Shown here: positions 19,164 to 38,517 of the stretch, piece by piece
How positions within the stretch are numbered: the first letter of the stretch is position 1
Layout: the number at the start of each line of letters is the position of its first letter
Assembly: GCF_009914755.1 (NCBI RefSeq)
Contig: NC_060948.1
Strand: one strand, 5' to 3'
Length of the DNA: 64,000 bases
DNA from: the human T2T-CHM13v2.0 reference genome, Homo sapiens
Notes under the pieces: generated by a model
The model's input: the letters and a program-made list of their open reading frames with translations, nothing else
Databases searched by the model: none
Told to the model about the DNA's origin: nothing
Position numbers and translations under genes: made by a program

Positions 19164-21266
19164 AGATCCATATTTTGTAAATGAAAAAAAATTTCAAAGG
19201 TACTCTGCTTGGTACAATAATCAAATGTATAAACTGAGGAATAAAACATAACCATGAAACCTACTTATAACTGCATATGGAAAATACAGAGGATAATTTT
19301 TTAAATAACATATTTTGAAAGCCTTAACTAGTAATTTGAAGAGTTGGCATTTGAAAGGCCAGTATGAATAAACCTTCAAAGCAGCAACACAGGTTCCCCA
19401 TGAGAAAAAGCAAACACAGGGAAAATAAAAACACAAAGGTTCAATCTCTTCTGACCTTTGAAAGACACAGCACAGACAGTGGTCCTTAGGACGAAGAGCA
19501 GGAGACCCCTAATTCCGTCACCATGGCGATAGGGCATAAACATTGCTGGGTGAGGGCACAATCCACATTGTGAGGTCCAACTGCTGCCAGGAAGACAGGA
19601 GTGCTTTTACATAGACCGAAAGGTCATTGAAGGCTCAGAGTTTTGTTTCAAGAACTGAATCCCAAGCCCACACGTTATTAGGCTGCGCTTCTTAAAACAA
19701 GTTATGAGATGGGAAAAAGGGCACCCACAAACATACGTATACATTATGTATATAATAATATACAGTATCATATATATAATATATATAACCTATGTATAAT
19801 ATTGTTTTACATCCTGCATCTTATGTTATATATATTGTATAAAATATAATAGTTGATAATATATAAGTTTTATAATTATACAATATGACATATAGTATAT
19901 ATTATAATTTATGACATATATAATATATGTTGTATGTCATATATAGAATATATTATACGGTTAATATACGTATTAAATATAAATTATACATTATATATAT
20001 TATATATAATATATCTGTTATATATAATACCCATTATGCATAATATATATATTATGTCTATGTTATATATAGTATAAAACAACATATAATAATATATAAT
20101 TGTATATATAAAATGCGACATATAATATATATTATATTTTATAACATATGTAATATATATTATATATTATATATAATACGTTGTATGTATAATACCTATA
20201 TTAAATATATATTATATGACTATGTTATTAATTACATGTCACATGTGTTATATATTATATATTTTACATAGAATATACCGGTTACATACAATATATACTA
20301 TGTTACCTATAATGTATAATTTATTACATGTAAAATAAAGAATGCAATATATTATGTAAAATTTATAATAAACCATATGTGGAATGTGATATATATAACA
20401 TATAATATATGATATATGATATACAGTATATGATATATAACATACAATATATGATTCCTAATATATATGGTATACAATATATATTTTATGATATGTATTC
20501 TATATGTTTTATATTCTGTTATATATAACTATTTGAAATTATATATAACTGTATAATATTTTATGTAAATATGTAATATAATATATATAACTATATAATA
20601 TATTATATATAACTATATATTATGTTATATATACTTTTATAACATAATTTACATAAAATATCATAATATAATATATATTATATTATTTCATATTACATAA
20701 TATATATTACATATCACCCAATATAACTAACATACATAATATTATAATATAGATTATATTATGTTATATTAAATATCATATATATCATGTATCATATATT
20801 CTATAATATATATTACACATTATATAATATGTATGTTGTCTATTATGTGATATATATAACTATATATAATTATATTTTTATACATATAACTAGATAAACA
20901 TGTAATTCTACATATTTTCGTTTATAATATGTAGAATTATATAATCAAATATAATTATTTATATTCTATAAAAAATTTTATCATTATATAAATTATAATA
21001 TATAAAAATTATAATATGTACTACAAATATATATATTATATATCATATATGCTATAGTACCTTTGTTATATATCATAATACATATAAATGTGTATTATGT
21101 TATCTATAATTATATAATTTCATATATAAGTTGTATAATATGTATCATATATTATATATGTTATGTAATATATATAGTATATATAAGATGACACAGGATA
21201 AATATTATATACTATGAGATATAAAATATATGAGGTTATATGTTACATATAAGGCATAGCACATAA

Positions 21267-21581
<315 letters not shown>

Positions 21582-23709
21582 AGATCCATATTTTTTAAAT
21601 GAAAAAAAATTTCAAAGGTACTCTGCTTGGTACAATAATCAAATGTATAAACTGAGGAATAAAACATAACCATGAAACCTACTTATAACTGCATATGGAA
21701 AATACAGAGGATAATTTTTTAAATAACATATTTTGAAAGCCTTAACTAGTAATTTGAAGAGCTGGCATTTGAAAGGCCAGTATGAATATACCTTCAAAGC
21801 AGCAACACAGGTTCCCCATGAGAAAAAGCAAACACAGGGAAAATAAAAACACAAAGGTTCAATCTCTTCTGACCTTTGAAAGACACAGCACAGACAGTGG
21901 TCCTTAGGACGAAGAGCAGGAGACCCCTAATTCCGTCACCATGGCGATAGGGCATAAACATTGCTGGGTGAGGGCACAATCCACATTGTGAGGTCCAACT
22001 GCTGCCAGGAAGACAGGAGTGCTTTTACATAGACCGAAAGGTCATTGAAGGCTCAGAGTTTTGTTTCAAGAACTGAATCCCAAGCCCACACGTTATTAGG
22101 CTGCGCTTCTTTAAAAAAGTTATGAGATGGGAAAAAGGGCACCCACAAACATACGTATACATTATGTATATAATAATATACAGTATCATATATATAATAT
22201 ATATAACCTATGTATAATATTGTTTTACATCCTGCATCTTATGTTATATATATTGTATAAAATATAATAGTTGATAATATATAAGTTTTATAATTATACA
22301 ATATGACATATAGTATATATTATAATTTATGACATATATAATATATGTTATATGTCATATATAGAATATATTATACGGTTAATATACGTATTAAATATAA
22401 ATTATACATTATATATATTATATATAATATATCTGTTATATATAATACCCATTATGCATAATATATATATTATATCTATGTTATATATAGTATAAAACAA
22501 CATATAATAATATATAATTGTATATATAAAATGCGACATATAATATATATTATATTTTATAACATATGTAATATATATTATATATTATATATAATACGTT
22601 GTAAGTATAATACCTATATTAAATATATATTATATGACTATGTTATTAATTACATGTCACATGTGTTATATATTATATATTTTACATAGAATATACCGGT
22701 TACATACAATATATACTATGTTACCTATAATGTATAATTTATTACATGTAAAATAAAGAATGCAATATATTATGTATAATTTATAATATACCATATGTGG
22801 AATGTGATATATATAACATATAATATATGATATATGATATACAGTGTATGATATATAACATACAATATATGATTCCTAATATATATGGTATACAATATAT
22901 ATTTTATGATATGTATTCTATATGTTTTATATTCTGTTATATATAACTATTTGAAATTATATATAACTGTATAATATTTTATGTAAATATGTAATATAAT
23001 ATATATAACTATATAATATATTATATATAACTATATATTATGTTATATATACTTTTATAACATAATTTACATAAAATATCATAATATAATATATATTATA
23101 TTATTTCATATTACATAATATATATTACATATCACCCAATATAACTAACATACATAATATTATAATATAGATTATATTGCGTTATATTAAATATCATATA
23201 TATCATGTATCATATATTCTATAATATATATTACACATTATATAATATGTATGTTGTCTATTATGTGATATATATAACTATATATATAATTATATTTTTA
23301 TACATATAACTAGATAAACATGTAATTCTACATATTTTCATTTATAATATGTAGAATTATATAATCATATATAATTATTTATATTCTATAAAAAATTTTA
23401 TCATTATATAAATTATAATATATAAAAATTATAATATGTACTACAAATATATATATTATATATCATATATGCTATAGTACTATTGTTATATTTCATAATA
23501 CATATAAATGTGTATTATGTTATCTATAATTATATAATTTCATATATAAGGTGTATAATATGTATCATAAATTATATATGTTGTGTAATATATATAGTAT
23601 ATATAAGATGACACAGGATAAATATTATATACTATGACATATAAAATATATGAGGTTATATGTTACATATAAGGCATAGCACATAACATGTAATATATAT
23701 CATATATAA

Positions 23710-24001
23710 TTTTTTTTTAGACAGAATCTTGTCCTGTTGCACAGGGTGGGGTACAATGGCGCCATCTTTGCTGACTGCAAATTCTGCCTCACGGGTCCAA
23801 GCGATTGTCCTCCCTCAGCCTCCCAGGTAGCTGGGACTACACCACACTGGGACTACACCAGCTGCCACCATGCCTAGCTAATTTTTTGGATTTTTAGTAG
23901 TGACAGCGTTTCACTGTATTGGCCAGGATGGTCTTGATCTCTTCACCTTGTGATCCCCTTGCCTTGGCCTCCAAATTTGCTGGGATTACAGGCCTGAGCC
24001 A
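23710..24001 (-). mobile_element. Alu within unit 10
   Basis: Near-identical to 1939-2230. Confidence 0.93.
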
Positions 24002-26106
24002 AGATCCATATTTTTTAAATGAAAAAAAATTTCAAAGGTACTCTGCTTGGTACAATAATCAAATGTATAAACTGAGGAATAAAACATAACCATGAAACCT
24101 ACTTATAACTGCATATGGAAAATACAGAGGATAATTTTTTAAATAACATATTTTGAAAGCCTTAACTAGTAATTTGAAGAGTTGGCATTTGAAAGGCCAG
24201 TATGAATATACCTTCAAAGCAGCAACACAGGTTCCCCATGAGAAAAAGCAAACACAGGGAAAATAAAAACACAAAGGTTCAATCTCTTCTGACCTTTGAA
24301 AGACACAGCACAGACAGTGGTCCTTAGGACGAAGAGCAGGAGACCCCTAATTCCGTCACCATGGCGATAGGGCATAAACATTGCTGGGTGAGGGCACAAT
24401 CCACATTGTGAGGTCCAACTGCTGCCAGGAAGACAGGAGTGCTTTTACATAGACCGAAAGGTCATTGAAGGCTCAGAGTTTTCTTTCAAGAACTGAATCC
24501 CAAGCCCACACGTTATTAGGCTGCGCTTCTTAAAACAAGTTATGAGATGGGAAAAAGGGCACCCACAAACATACGTATACATTATGTATATAATAATATA
24601 CAGTATCATATATATAATATATATAACCTATGTATAATACTGTTTTACATCCTGCATCTTATGTTATATATATTGTATAAAATATAATAATTGATAATAT
24701 ATAAGTTTTATAATTATACAATATGACATATAGTATATATTATAATTTATGACATATATAATATATGTTATATGTCATATATAGAATATATTATACGGTT
24801 AATATACGTATTAAATATAAATTATACATTATATATATTATATACAATATATCTGTTATATATAATACCCATTATGCATAATATATATATTATGTCTATG
24901 TTATATATAGTATAAAACAACATATAGTAATATATAATTGTATATATAAAATGCGACATATAATATATATTATATTTTATAACATATGTAATATATATTA
25001 TATATTATATATAATACGTTGTATGTATAATACCTATATTAAATATATATTATATGACTATGTTATTAATTACATGTCACATGTGTTATATATTATATAT
25101 TTTACATAGAATATACCGGTTACATACAATATATACTATGTTACCTATAATGTATAATTTATTACATGTAAAATAAAGAATGCAATATATTATGTATAAT
25201 TTATAATATACCATATGTGGAATGTGATATATATAACATATCATATATGATATATGATATACAGTATATGATATATAACATACAATATATGATTCCTAAT
25301 ATATATGGTATACAATATATATTTTATGATATGTATTCTATATGTTTTATATTCTGTTATATATAACTATTTGAAATTATATATAACTGTATAATATTTT
25401 ATGTAAATATGTAATATAATATATATAACTATATAATATATTATATATAACTATATATTATGTTATATATACTTTTATAACATAATTTACATAAAATATC
25501 ATAATATAATATATATTATATTATTTCATATTACATAATATATATTACATATCACCCAATATAACTAACATACATAATATTATAATATAGATTATATTGT
25601 GTTATATTAAATATCATATATATCATGTATCATATATTCTATAATATATATTACACATTATATAATATGTATGTTGTCTATTATGTGATATATATAACTA
25701 TATATATAATTATATTTTTATACATATAACTAGATAAACATGTAATTCTACATATTTTCATTTATAATATGTAGAATTATATAATCATATATAATTATTT
25801 ATATTCTATAAAAAATTTTATCATTATATAAATTATAATATATAAAAATTATAATATGTACTACAAATATATATATTATATATCATATATGATATAGTAC
25901 CTTTGTTATATATCATAATACATATACATGTGTATTATGTTATCTATAATTATATAATTTCATATATAAGATGTATAATATGTATCATATATTATATAAG
26001 TTATGTAATATATATAGTATATATAAGATGACACAGGATAAATATTATATACTATGACATATAAAATATATGAGGTTATATGTTACATATAAGGCATAGC
26101 ACATAA

Positions 26107-26421
<315 letters not shown>

Positions 26422-28526
26422 AGATCCATATTTTGTAAATGAAAAAAAATTTCAAAGGTACTCTGCTTGGTACAATAATCAAATGTATAAACTGAGGAAT
26501 AAAACATAACCATGAAACCTACTTATAACTGCATATGGAAAATACAGAGGATAATTTTTTAAATAACATATTTTGAAAGCCTTAACTAGTAATTTGAAGA
26601 GTTGGCATTTGAAAGGCCAGTATGAATATACCTTCAAAGCAGCAACACAGGTTCCCCATGAGAAAAAGCAAACACAGGGAAAACAAAAACACAAAGGTTC
26701 AATCTCTTCTGACCTTTGAAAGACACAGCACAGACAGTGGTCCTTAGGACGAAGAGCAGGAGACCCCTAATTCCGTCACCATGGCGATAGGGCATAAACA
26801 TTGCTGGGTGAGGGCACAATCCACATTGTGAGGTCCAACTGCTGCCAGGAAGACAGGAGTGCTTTTACATAGACCGAAAGGTCATTGAAGGCTCAGAGTT
26901 TTGTTTCAAGAACTGAATCCCAAGCCCACACGTTATTAGGCTGCGCTTCTTAAAACAAGTTATGAGATGGGAAAAAGGGCACCCACAAACATACGTATAC
27001 ATTATGTATATAATAATATACAGTATCATATATATAATATATATAACCTATGTATAATACTGTTTTACATCCTGCATCTTATGTTATATATATTGTATAA
27101 AATATAATAATTGATAATATATAAGTTTTATAATTATACAATATGACATATAGTATATATTATAATTTATGACATATATAATATATGTTATATGTCATAT
27201 ATAGAATATATTATACGGTTAATATACGTATTAAATATAAATTATACATTATATATATTATATACAATATATCTGTTATATATAATACCCATTATGCATA
27301 ATATATATATTATGTCTATGTTATATATAGTATAAAACAACATATAATAATATATAATTGTATATATAAAATGCGACATATAATATATATTATATTTTAT
27401 AACATATGTAATATATATTATATATTATATATAATACGTTGTATGTATAATACCTATATTAAATATATATTATATGACTATGTTATTAATTACATGTCAC
27501 ATGTGTTATATATTATATATTTTACATAGAATATACCGGTTACGTACAATATATACTATGTTACCTATAATGTATAATTTATTACATGTAAAATAAAGAA
27601 TGCAATATATTATGTATAATTTATAATATACCATATGTGGAATGTGATATATATAACATATAATATATGATATATGATATACAGTATATGATATATAACA
27701 TACAATATATGATTCCTAATATATACGGTATACAATATATATTTTATGATATGTATTCTATATGTTTTATATTCTGTTATATATAACTATTTGAAATTAT
27801 ATATAACTGTATAATATTTTATGTAAATATGTAATATAATATATATAACTATATAATATATTATATATAACTATATATTATGTTATATATACTTTTATAA
27901 CATAATTTACATAAAATATCATAATATAATATATATTATATTATTTCATATTACATAATATATATTACATATCACCCAATATAACTAACATACATAATAT
28001 TATAATATAGATTATATTGTGTTATATTAAATATCATATATATCATGTATCATATATTCTATAATATATATTACACATTATATAATATGTATGTTGTCTA
28101 TTATGTGATATATAAAACTATATATATAATTATATTTTTATACATATAACTAGATAAACATGTAATTCTACATATTTTCATTTATAATATGTAGAATTAT
28201 ATAATCATATATAATTATTAATATTCTATAAAAAATTTTATCATTATATAAATTATAATATATAAAAATTATAATATGTACTACAAATATATATATTATA
28301 TATCATATATGATATAGTACCTTTGTTATATATCATAATACATATACATGTGTATTATGTTATCTATAATTATATAATTTCATATATAAGATGTATAATA
28401 TGTATCATATATTATATAAGTTATGTAATATATATAGGATATATAAGATGACACAGGATAAATATTATATACTATGACATATAAAATATATGAGGTTATA
28501 TGTTACATATAAGGCATAGCACATAA

Positions 28527-28841
<315 letters not shown>

Positions 28842-30944
28842 AGATCCATATTTTGTAAATGAAAAAAAATTTCAAAGGTACTCTGCTTGGTACAATAATC
28901 AAATGTATAAACTGAGGAATAAAACATAACCATGAAACCTACTTATAACTGCATATGGAAAATACAGAGGATAATTTTTTAAATAACATATTTTGAAAGC
29001 CTTAACTAGTAATTTGAAGAGCTGGCATTTGAAAGGCCAGTATGAATATACCTTAAAAGCAGCAACACAGGTTCCCCATGAGAAAAAGCAAACACAGGGA
29101 AAATAAAAACACAAAGGTTCAATCTCTTCTGAGCTTTGAAAGACACAGCACAGACAGTGGTCCTTAGGACGAAGAGCAGGAGACCCCTAATTCCGTCACC
29201 ATGGCGATAGGGCATAAACATTGCTGGGTGAGGGCACAATCCACATTGTGAGGTCCAACTGCTGCCAGGAAGACAGGAGTGCTTTTACATAGACCGAAAG
29301 GTCATTGAAGGCTCAGAGTTTTCTTTCAAGAACTGAATCCCAAGCCCACACGTTATTAGGCTGCGCTTCTTAAAACAAGTTATGAGATGGGAAAAAGGGC
29401 ACCCACAAACATACGTATACATTATGTATATAATAATATACAGTATCATATATATAATATATATAACCTATGTATAATAGTGTTTTACATCCTGCATCTT
29501 ATGTTATATATATTGTATAAAATATAATAATTGATAATATATAAGTTTTATATTTATACAATATGACATATAGTATATATTATAATTTATGACATATATA
29601 ATATATGTTATATGTCATATATAGAATATATTATACGGTTAATATACGTATTAAATATAAATTATACATTATATATATTATATATAATATATCTGTTATA
29701 TATAATACCCATTATGCATAATATATATATTATGTCTATGTTATATATAGTATAAAACAACATATAATAATATATAATTGTATATATAAAATGCGACATA
29801 TAATATATATTATATTTTATCACATATGTAATATATATTATATATTATATATAATACGTTGTATGTATAATACCTATATTAAATATATGTTATATGACTA
29901 TGTTATTAATTACATGTCACATGTGTTATATATTATATATTTTACATAGAATATACCGGTTACATACAATATATACTATGTTACCTATAATGTATAATTT
30001 ATTACATGTAAAATAAAGAATGCAATATATTATGTATAATTTATAATATACCATATGTGGAATGTGATATATATAACATATAATATATGATATATAATAT
30101 ACAGTATATGATATATAACATACAATATATGATTCCTAATATATATGGTATACAATATATATTTTATGATATGTATTCTATATGTTTTATATTCTGTTAT
30201 ATATAACTATTTGAAATTATATAAAACTGTATAATATTTTATGTAAATATGTAATATAATATATATAACTATATAATATATTATATATAACTATATATTA
30301 TGTTATATATACTTTTATAACATAATTTACATAAAATATCATAATATAATATATATTATATTATTTCATATTACATAATATATATTACATATCACCCAAT
30401 ATAACTAACATACATAATATTATAATATAGATTATATTGCGTTATATTAAATATCATATATATCATGTATCATATATTCTATAATATATATTACACATTA
30501 TATAATATGTATGTTGTCTATTATGTGATATATATAACTATATATAATTATATTTTTATACATATAACTAGATAAACATGTAATTCTACATATTTTCATT
30601 TATAATATGTAGAATTATATAATCATATATAATTATTTATATTCTATAAAAAATTTTATCATTATATAAATTATAATATATAAAAATTATAATATGTACT
30701 ACAAATATATATATTATATATCATATATGATATAGTACCTTTGTTATATTTCATAATACATATAAATGTGTATTATGTTATCTATAATTATATAATTTCA
30801 TATATAAGATGTATAATATGTATCATATATTATATATGTTATGTAATATATATAGTATATATAAGATGACACAGGATAAATATTATATACTATGACATAT
30901 AAAATATATGAGGTTATATGTTACATATAAGGCATAGCACATAA

Positions 30945-31259
<315 letters not shown>

Positions 31260-33364
31260 AGATCCATATTTTTTAAATGAAAAAAAATTTCAAAGGTACT
31301 CTGCTTGGTACAATAATCAAATGTATAAACTGAGGAATAAAACATAACCATGAAACCTACTTATAACTGCATATGGAAAATACAGAAGATAATTTTTTAA
31401 ATAACATATTTTGAAAGCCTTAACTAGTAATTTGAAGAGTTGGCATTTGAAAGGCCAGTATGAATATACCTTCAAAGCAGCAACACAGGTTCCCCATGAG
31501 AAAAAGCAAACACAGGGAAAATTAAAACACAAAGGTTCAATCTCTTCTGACCTTTGAAAGACACAGCACAGACAGTGGTCCTTAGGAGGAAGAGCTCGAG
31601 ACCCCTAATTCCGTCACCATGGCGATAGGGCATAAACATTGCTGGGTGAGGGCACAATCCACATTGTGAGGTCCAACTGCTGCCAGGAAGACAGGAGTGC
31701 TTTTACATAGACCGAAAGGTCATTGAAGGCTCAGAGTTTTGTTTCAAGAACTGAATCCCAAGCCCACACGTTATTAGGCTGCGCTTCTTAAAACAAGTTA
31801 TGAGATGGGAAAAAGGGCACCCACAAACATACGTATACATTATGTATATAATAATATACAGTATCATATATATAATATATATAACCTATGTATAATATTG
31901 TTTTACATCCTGCATCTTATGTTATATATATTGTATAAAATATAATAATTGATAATATATAAGTTTTATAATTATACAATATGACATATAGTATATATTA
32001 TAATTTATGACATATATAATATATGTTATATGTCATATATAGAATATATTATACGGTTAATATACGTATTAAATATAAATTATACATTATATATATTATA
32101 TATAATATATCTGTTATATATAATACCCATTATGCATAATATATATATTATGTCTATGTTATATATAGTATAAAACAACATATAATAATATATAATTGTA
32201 TATATAAAATGCGACATATAATATATATTATATTTTATAACATATGTAATATATATTATATATTATATATAATACGTTGTATGTATAATACCTATATTAA
32301 ATATATATTATATGACTATGTTATTATTTACATGTCACATGTGTTATATATTATATATTTTACATAGAATATACCGGTTACATACAATATATACTATGTT
32401 ACCTATAATGTATAATTTATTACATGTAAAATAAAGAATGCAATATATTATGTATAATTTATAATATACCATATGTGGAATGTGATATATATAACATATA
32501 ATATATGATATATGATATACAGTATATGATATATAACATACAATATATGATTCCTAATATATATGGTATACAATATATATTTTATGATAAGTATTCTATA
32601 TGTTTTATATTCTGTTATATATAACTATTTGAAATTATATATAACTTTATAATATTTTATGTAAATATGTAATATAATATATATAACTATATAATATATT
32701 ATATATAACTATATATTATGTTATATATACTTTTATAACATAATTTACATAAAATATCATAATATAATATATATTATATTATTTCATATTACATAATATA
32801 TATTACATATCACCCAATATAACTAACATACATAATATTATAAGATAGATTATATTGTGTTATATTAAATATCATATATATCATGTATCATATATTCTAT
32901 AATATATATTACACATTATATAATATGTATGTTGTCTATTATGTGATATATATAACTATATATATAATTATATTTTTATACATATAACTAGATAAACATG
33001 TAATTCTACATATTTTCATTTATAATATGTAGAATTATATAATCATATATAATTATTTATATTCTATAAAAAATTTTATCATTATATAAATTATAATATA
33101 TAAAAATTATAATATGTACTACAAATATATATATTATATATCATATATGATATAGTACCTTTGTTATATATCATAATACATATACATGTGTATTATGTTA
33201 TCTATAATTATATAATTTCATATATAAGATGTATAATATGTATCATATATTATATAAGTTATGTAATATATATAGTATATATAAGATGACACAGGATAAA
33301 TATTATATACTATGACATATAAAATATATGAGGTTATATGTTACATATAAGGCATAGCACATAA

Positions 33365-33679
<315 letters not shown>

Positions 33680-35784
33680 AGATCCATATTTTGTAAATGA
33701 AAAAAAATTTCAAAGGTACTCTGCTTGGTACAATAATCAAATGTATAAACTGAGGAATAAAACATAACCATGAAACCTACTTATAACTGCATATGGAAAA
33801 TACAGAGGATAATTTTTTAAATAACATATTTTGAAAGCCTTAACTAGTAATTTGAAGAGTTGGCATTTGAAAGGCCAGTATGAATATACCTTCAAAGCAG
33901 CAACACAGGTTCCCCATGAGAAAAAGCAAACACAGGGAAAACAAAAACACAAAGGTTCAATCTCTTCTGAGCTTTGAAAGACACAGCACAGACAGTGGTC
34001 CTTAGGACGAAGAGCAGGAGACCCCTAATTCCGTCACCATGGCGATAGGGCATAAACATTGCTGGGTGAGGGCACAATCCACATTGTGAGGTCCAACTGC
34101 TGCCAGGAAGACAGGAGTGCTTTTACATAGACCGAAAGGTCATTGAAGGCTCAGAGTTTTGTTTCAAGAACTGAATCCCAAGCCCACACGTTATTAGGCT
34201 GCGCTTCTTAAAACAAGTTATGAGATGGGAAAAAGGGCACCCACAAACATACGTATACATTATGTATATAATAATATACAGTATCATATATATAATATAT
34301 ATAACCTATGTATAATACTGTTTTACATCCTGCATCTTATGTTATATATATTGTATAAAATATAATAATTGATAATATATAAGTTTTATAATTATACAAT
34401 ATGACATATAGTATATATTATAATTTATGACATATATAATATATGTTATATGTCATATATAGAATATATTATACGGTTAATATACGTATTAAATATAAAT
34501 TATACATTATATATATTATATACAATATATCTGTTATATATAATACCCATTATGCATAATATATATATTATGTCTATGTTATATATAGTATAAAACAACA
34601 TATAATAATATATAATTGTATATATAAAATGCGACATATAATATATATTATATTTTATAACATATGTAATATATATTATATATTATATATAATACGTTGT
34701 ATGTATAATACCTATATTAAATATATATTATATGACTATGTTATTAATTACATGTCACATGTGTTATATATTATATATTTTACATAGAATATACCGGTTA
34801 CGTACAATATATACTATGTTACCTATAATGTATAATTTATTACATGTAAAATAAAGAATGCAATATATTATGTATAATTTATAATATACCATATGTGGAA
34901 TGTGATATATATAACATATAATATATGATATATGATATACAGTATATGATATATAACATACAATATATGATTCCTAATATATACGGTATACAATATATAT
35001 TTTATGATATGTATTCTATATGTTTTATATTCTGTTATATATAACTATTTGAAATTATATATAACTGTATAATATTTTATGTAAATATGTAATATAATAT
35101 ATATAACTATATAATATATTATATATAACTATATATTATGTTATATATACTTTTATAACATAATTTACATAAAATATCATAATATAATATATATTATATT
35201 ATTTCATATTACATAATATATATTACATATCACCCAATATAACTAACATACATAATATTATAATATAGATTATATTGTGTTATATTAAATATCATATATA
35301 TCATGTATCATATATTCTATAATATATATTACACATTATATAATATGTATGTTGTCTATTATGTGATATATATAACTATATATATAATTATATTTTTATA
35401 CATATAACTAGATAAACATGTAATTCTACATATTTTCATTTATAATATGTAGAATTATATAATCATATATAATTATTAATATTCTATAAAAAATTTTATC
35501 ATTATATAAATTATAATATATAAAAATTATAATATGTACTACAAATATATATATTATATATCATATATGATATAGTACCTTTGTTATATATCATAATACA
35601 TATACATGTGTATTATGTTATCTATAATTATATAATTTCATATATAAGATGTATAATATGTATCATATATTATATAAGTTATGTAATATATATAGGATAT
35701 ATAAGATGACACAGGATAAATATTATATACTATGACATATAAAATATATGAGGTTATATGTTACATATAAGGCATAGCACATAA

Positions 35785-36099
<315 letters not shown>

Positions 36100-38202
36100 A
36101 GATCCATATTTTGTAAATGAAAAAAAATTTCAAAGGTACTCTGCTTGGTACAATAATCAAATGTATAAACTGAGGAATAAAACATAACCATGAAACCTAC
36201 TTATAACTGCATATGGAAAATACAGAGGATAATTTTTTAAATAACATATTTTGAAAGCCTTAACTAGTAATTTGAAGAGCTGGCATTTGAAAGGCCAGTA
36301 TGAATATACCTTAAAAGCAGCAACACAGGTTCCCCATGAGAAAAAGCAAACACAGGGAAAATAAAAACACAAAGGTTCAATCTCTTCTGACCTTTGAAAG
36401 ACACAGCACAGACAGTGGTCCTTAGGACGAAGAGCAGGAGACCCCTAATTCCGTCACCATGGCGATAGGGCATAAACATTGCTGGGTGAGGGCACAATCC
36501 ACATTGTGAGGTCCAACTGCTGCCAGGAAGACAGGAGTGCTTTTACATAGACCGAAAGGTCATTGAAGGCTCAGAGTTTTGTTTCAAGAACTGAATCCCA
36601 AGCCCACACGTTATTAGGCTGCGCTTCTTAAAACAAGTTATGAGATGGGAAAAAGGGCACCCACAAACATACGTATACATTATGTATATAATAATATACA
36701 GTATCATATATATAATATATATAACCTATGTATAATAGTGTTTTACATCCTGCATCTTATGTTATATATATTGTATAAAATATAATAATTGATAATATAT
36801 AAGTTTTATATTTATACAATATGACATATAGTATATATTATAATTTATGACATATATAATATATGTTATATGTCATATATAGAATATATTATACGGTTAA
36901 TATACGTATTAAATATAAATTATACATTATATATATTATATATAATATATCTGTTATATATAATACCCATTATGCATAATATATATATTATGTCTATGTT
37001 ATATATAGTATAAAACAACATATAATAATATATAATTGTATATATAAAATGCGACATATAATATATATTATATTTTATCACATATGTAATATATATTATA
37101 TATTATATATAATACGTTGTATGTATAATACCTATATTAAATATATGTTATATGACTATGTTATTAATTACATGTCACATGTGTTATATATTATATATTT
37201 TACATAGAATATACCGGTTACATACAATATATACTATGTTACCTATAATGTATAATTTATTACATGTAAAATAAAGAATGCAATATATTATGTATAATTT
37301 ATAATATACAATATGTGGAATGTGATATATATAACATATAATATATGATATATGATATACAGTATATGATATATAACATACAATATATGATTCCTAATAT
37401 ATATGGTATACAATATATATTTTATGATATGTATTCTATATGTTTTATATTCTGTTATATATAACTATTTGAAATTATATAAAACTGTATAATATTTTAT
37501 GTAAATATGTAATATAATATATATAACTATATAATATATTATATATAACTATATATTATGTTATATATACTTTTATAACATAATTTACATAAAATATCAT
37601 AATATAATATATATTATATTATTTCATATTACATAATATATATTACATATCACCCAATATAACTAACATACATAATATTATAATATAGATTATATTGCGT
37701 TATATTAAATATCATATATATCATGTATCATATATTCTATAATATATATTACACATTATATAATATATATGTTGTCTATTATGTGATATATATAACTATA
37801 TATAATTATATTTTTATACATATAACTAGATAAACATGTAATTCTACATATTTTCATTTATAATATGTAGAATTATATAATCATATATAATTATTTATAT
37901 TCTATAAAAAATTTTATCATTATATAAATTATAATATATAAAAATTATAATATGTACTACAAATATATATATTATATATCATATATGATATAGTACCTTT
38001 GTTATATTTCATAATACATATAAATGTGTATTATGTTATCTATAATTATATAATTTCATATATAAGATGTATAATATGTATCATATATTATATATGTTAT
38101 GTAATATATATAGTATATATAAGATGACACAGGATAAATATTATATACTATGACATATAAAATATATGAGGTTATATGTTACATATAAGGCATAGCACAT
38201 AA

Positions 38203-38517
<315 letters not shown>
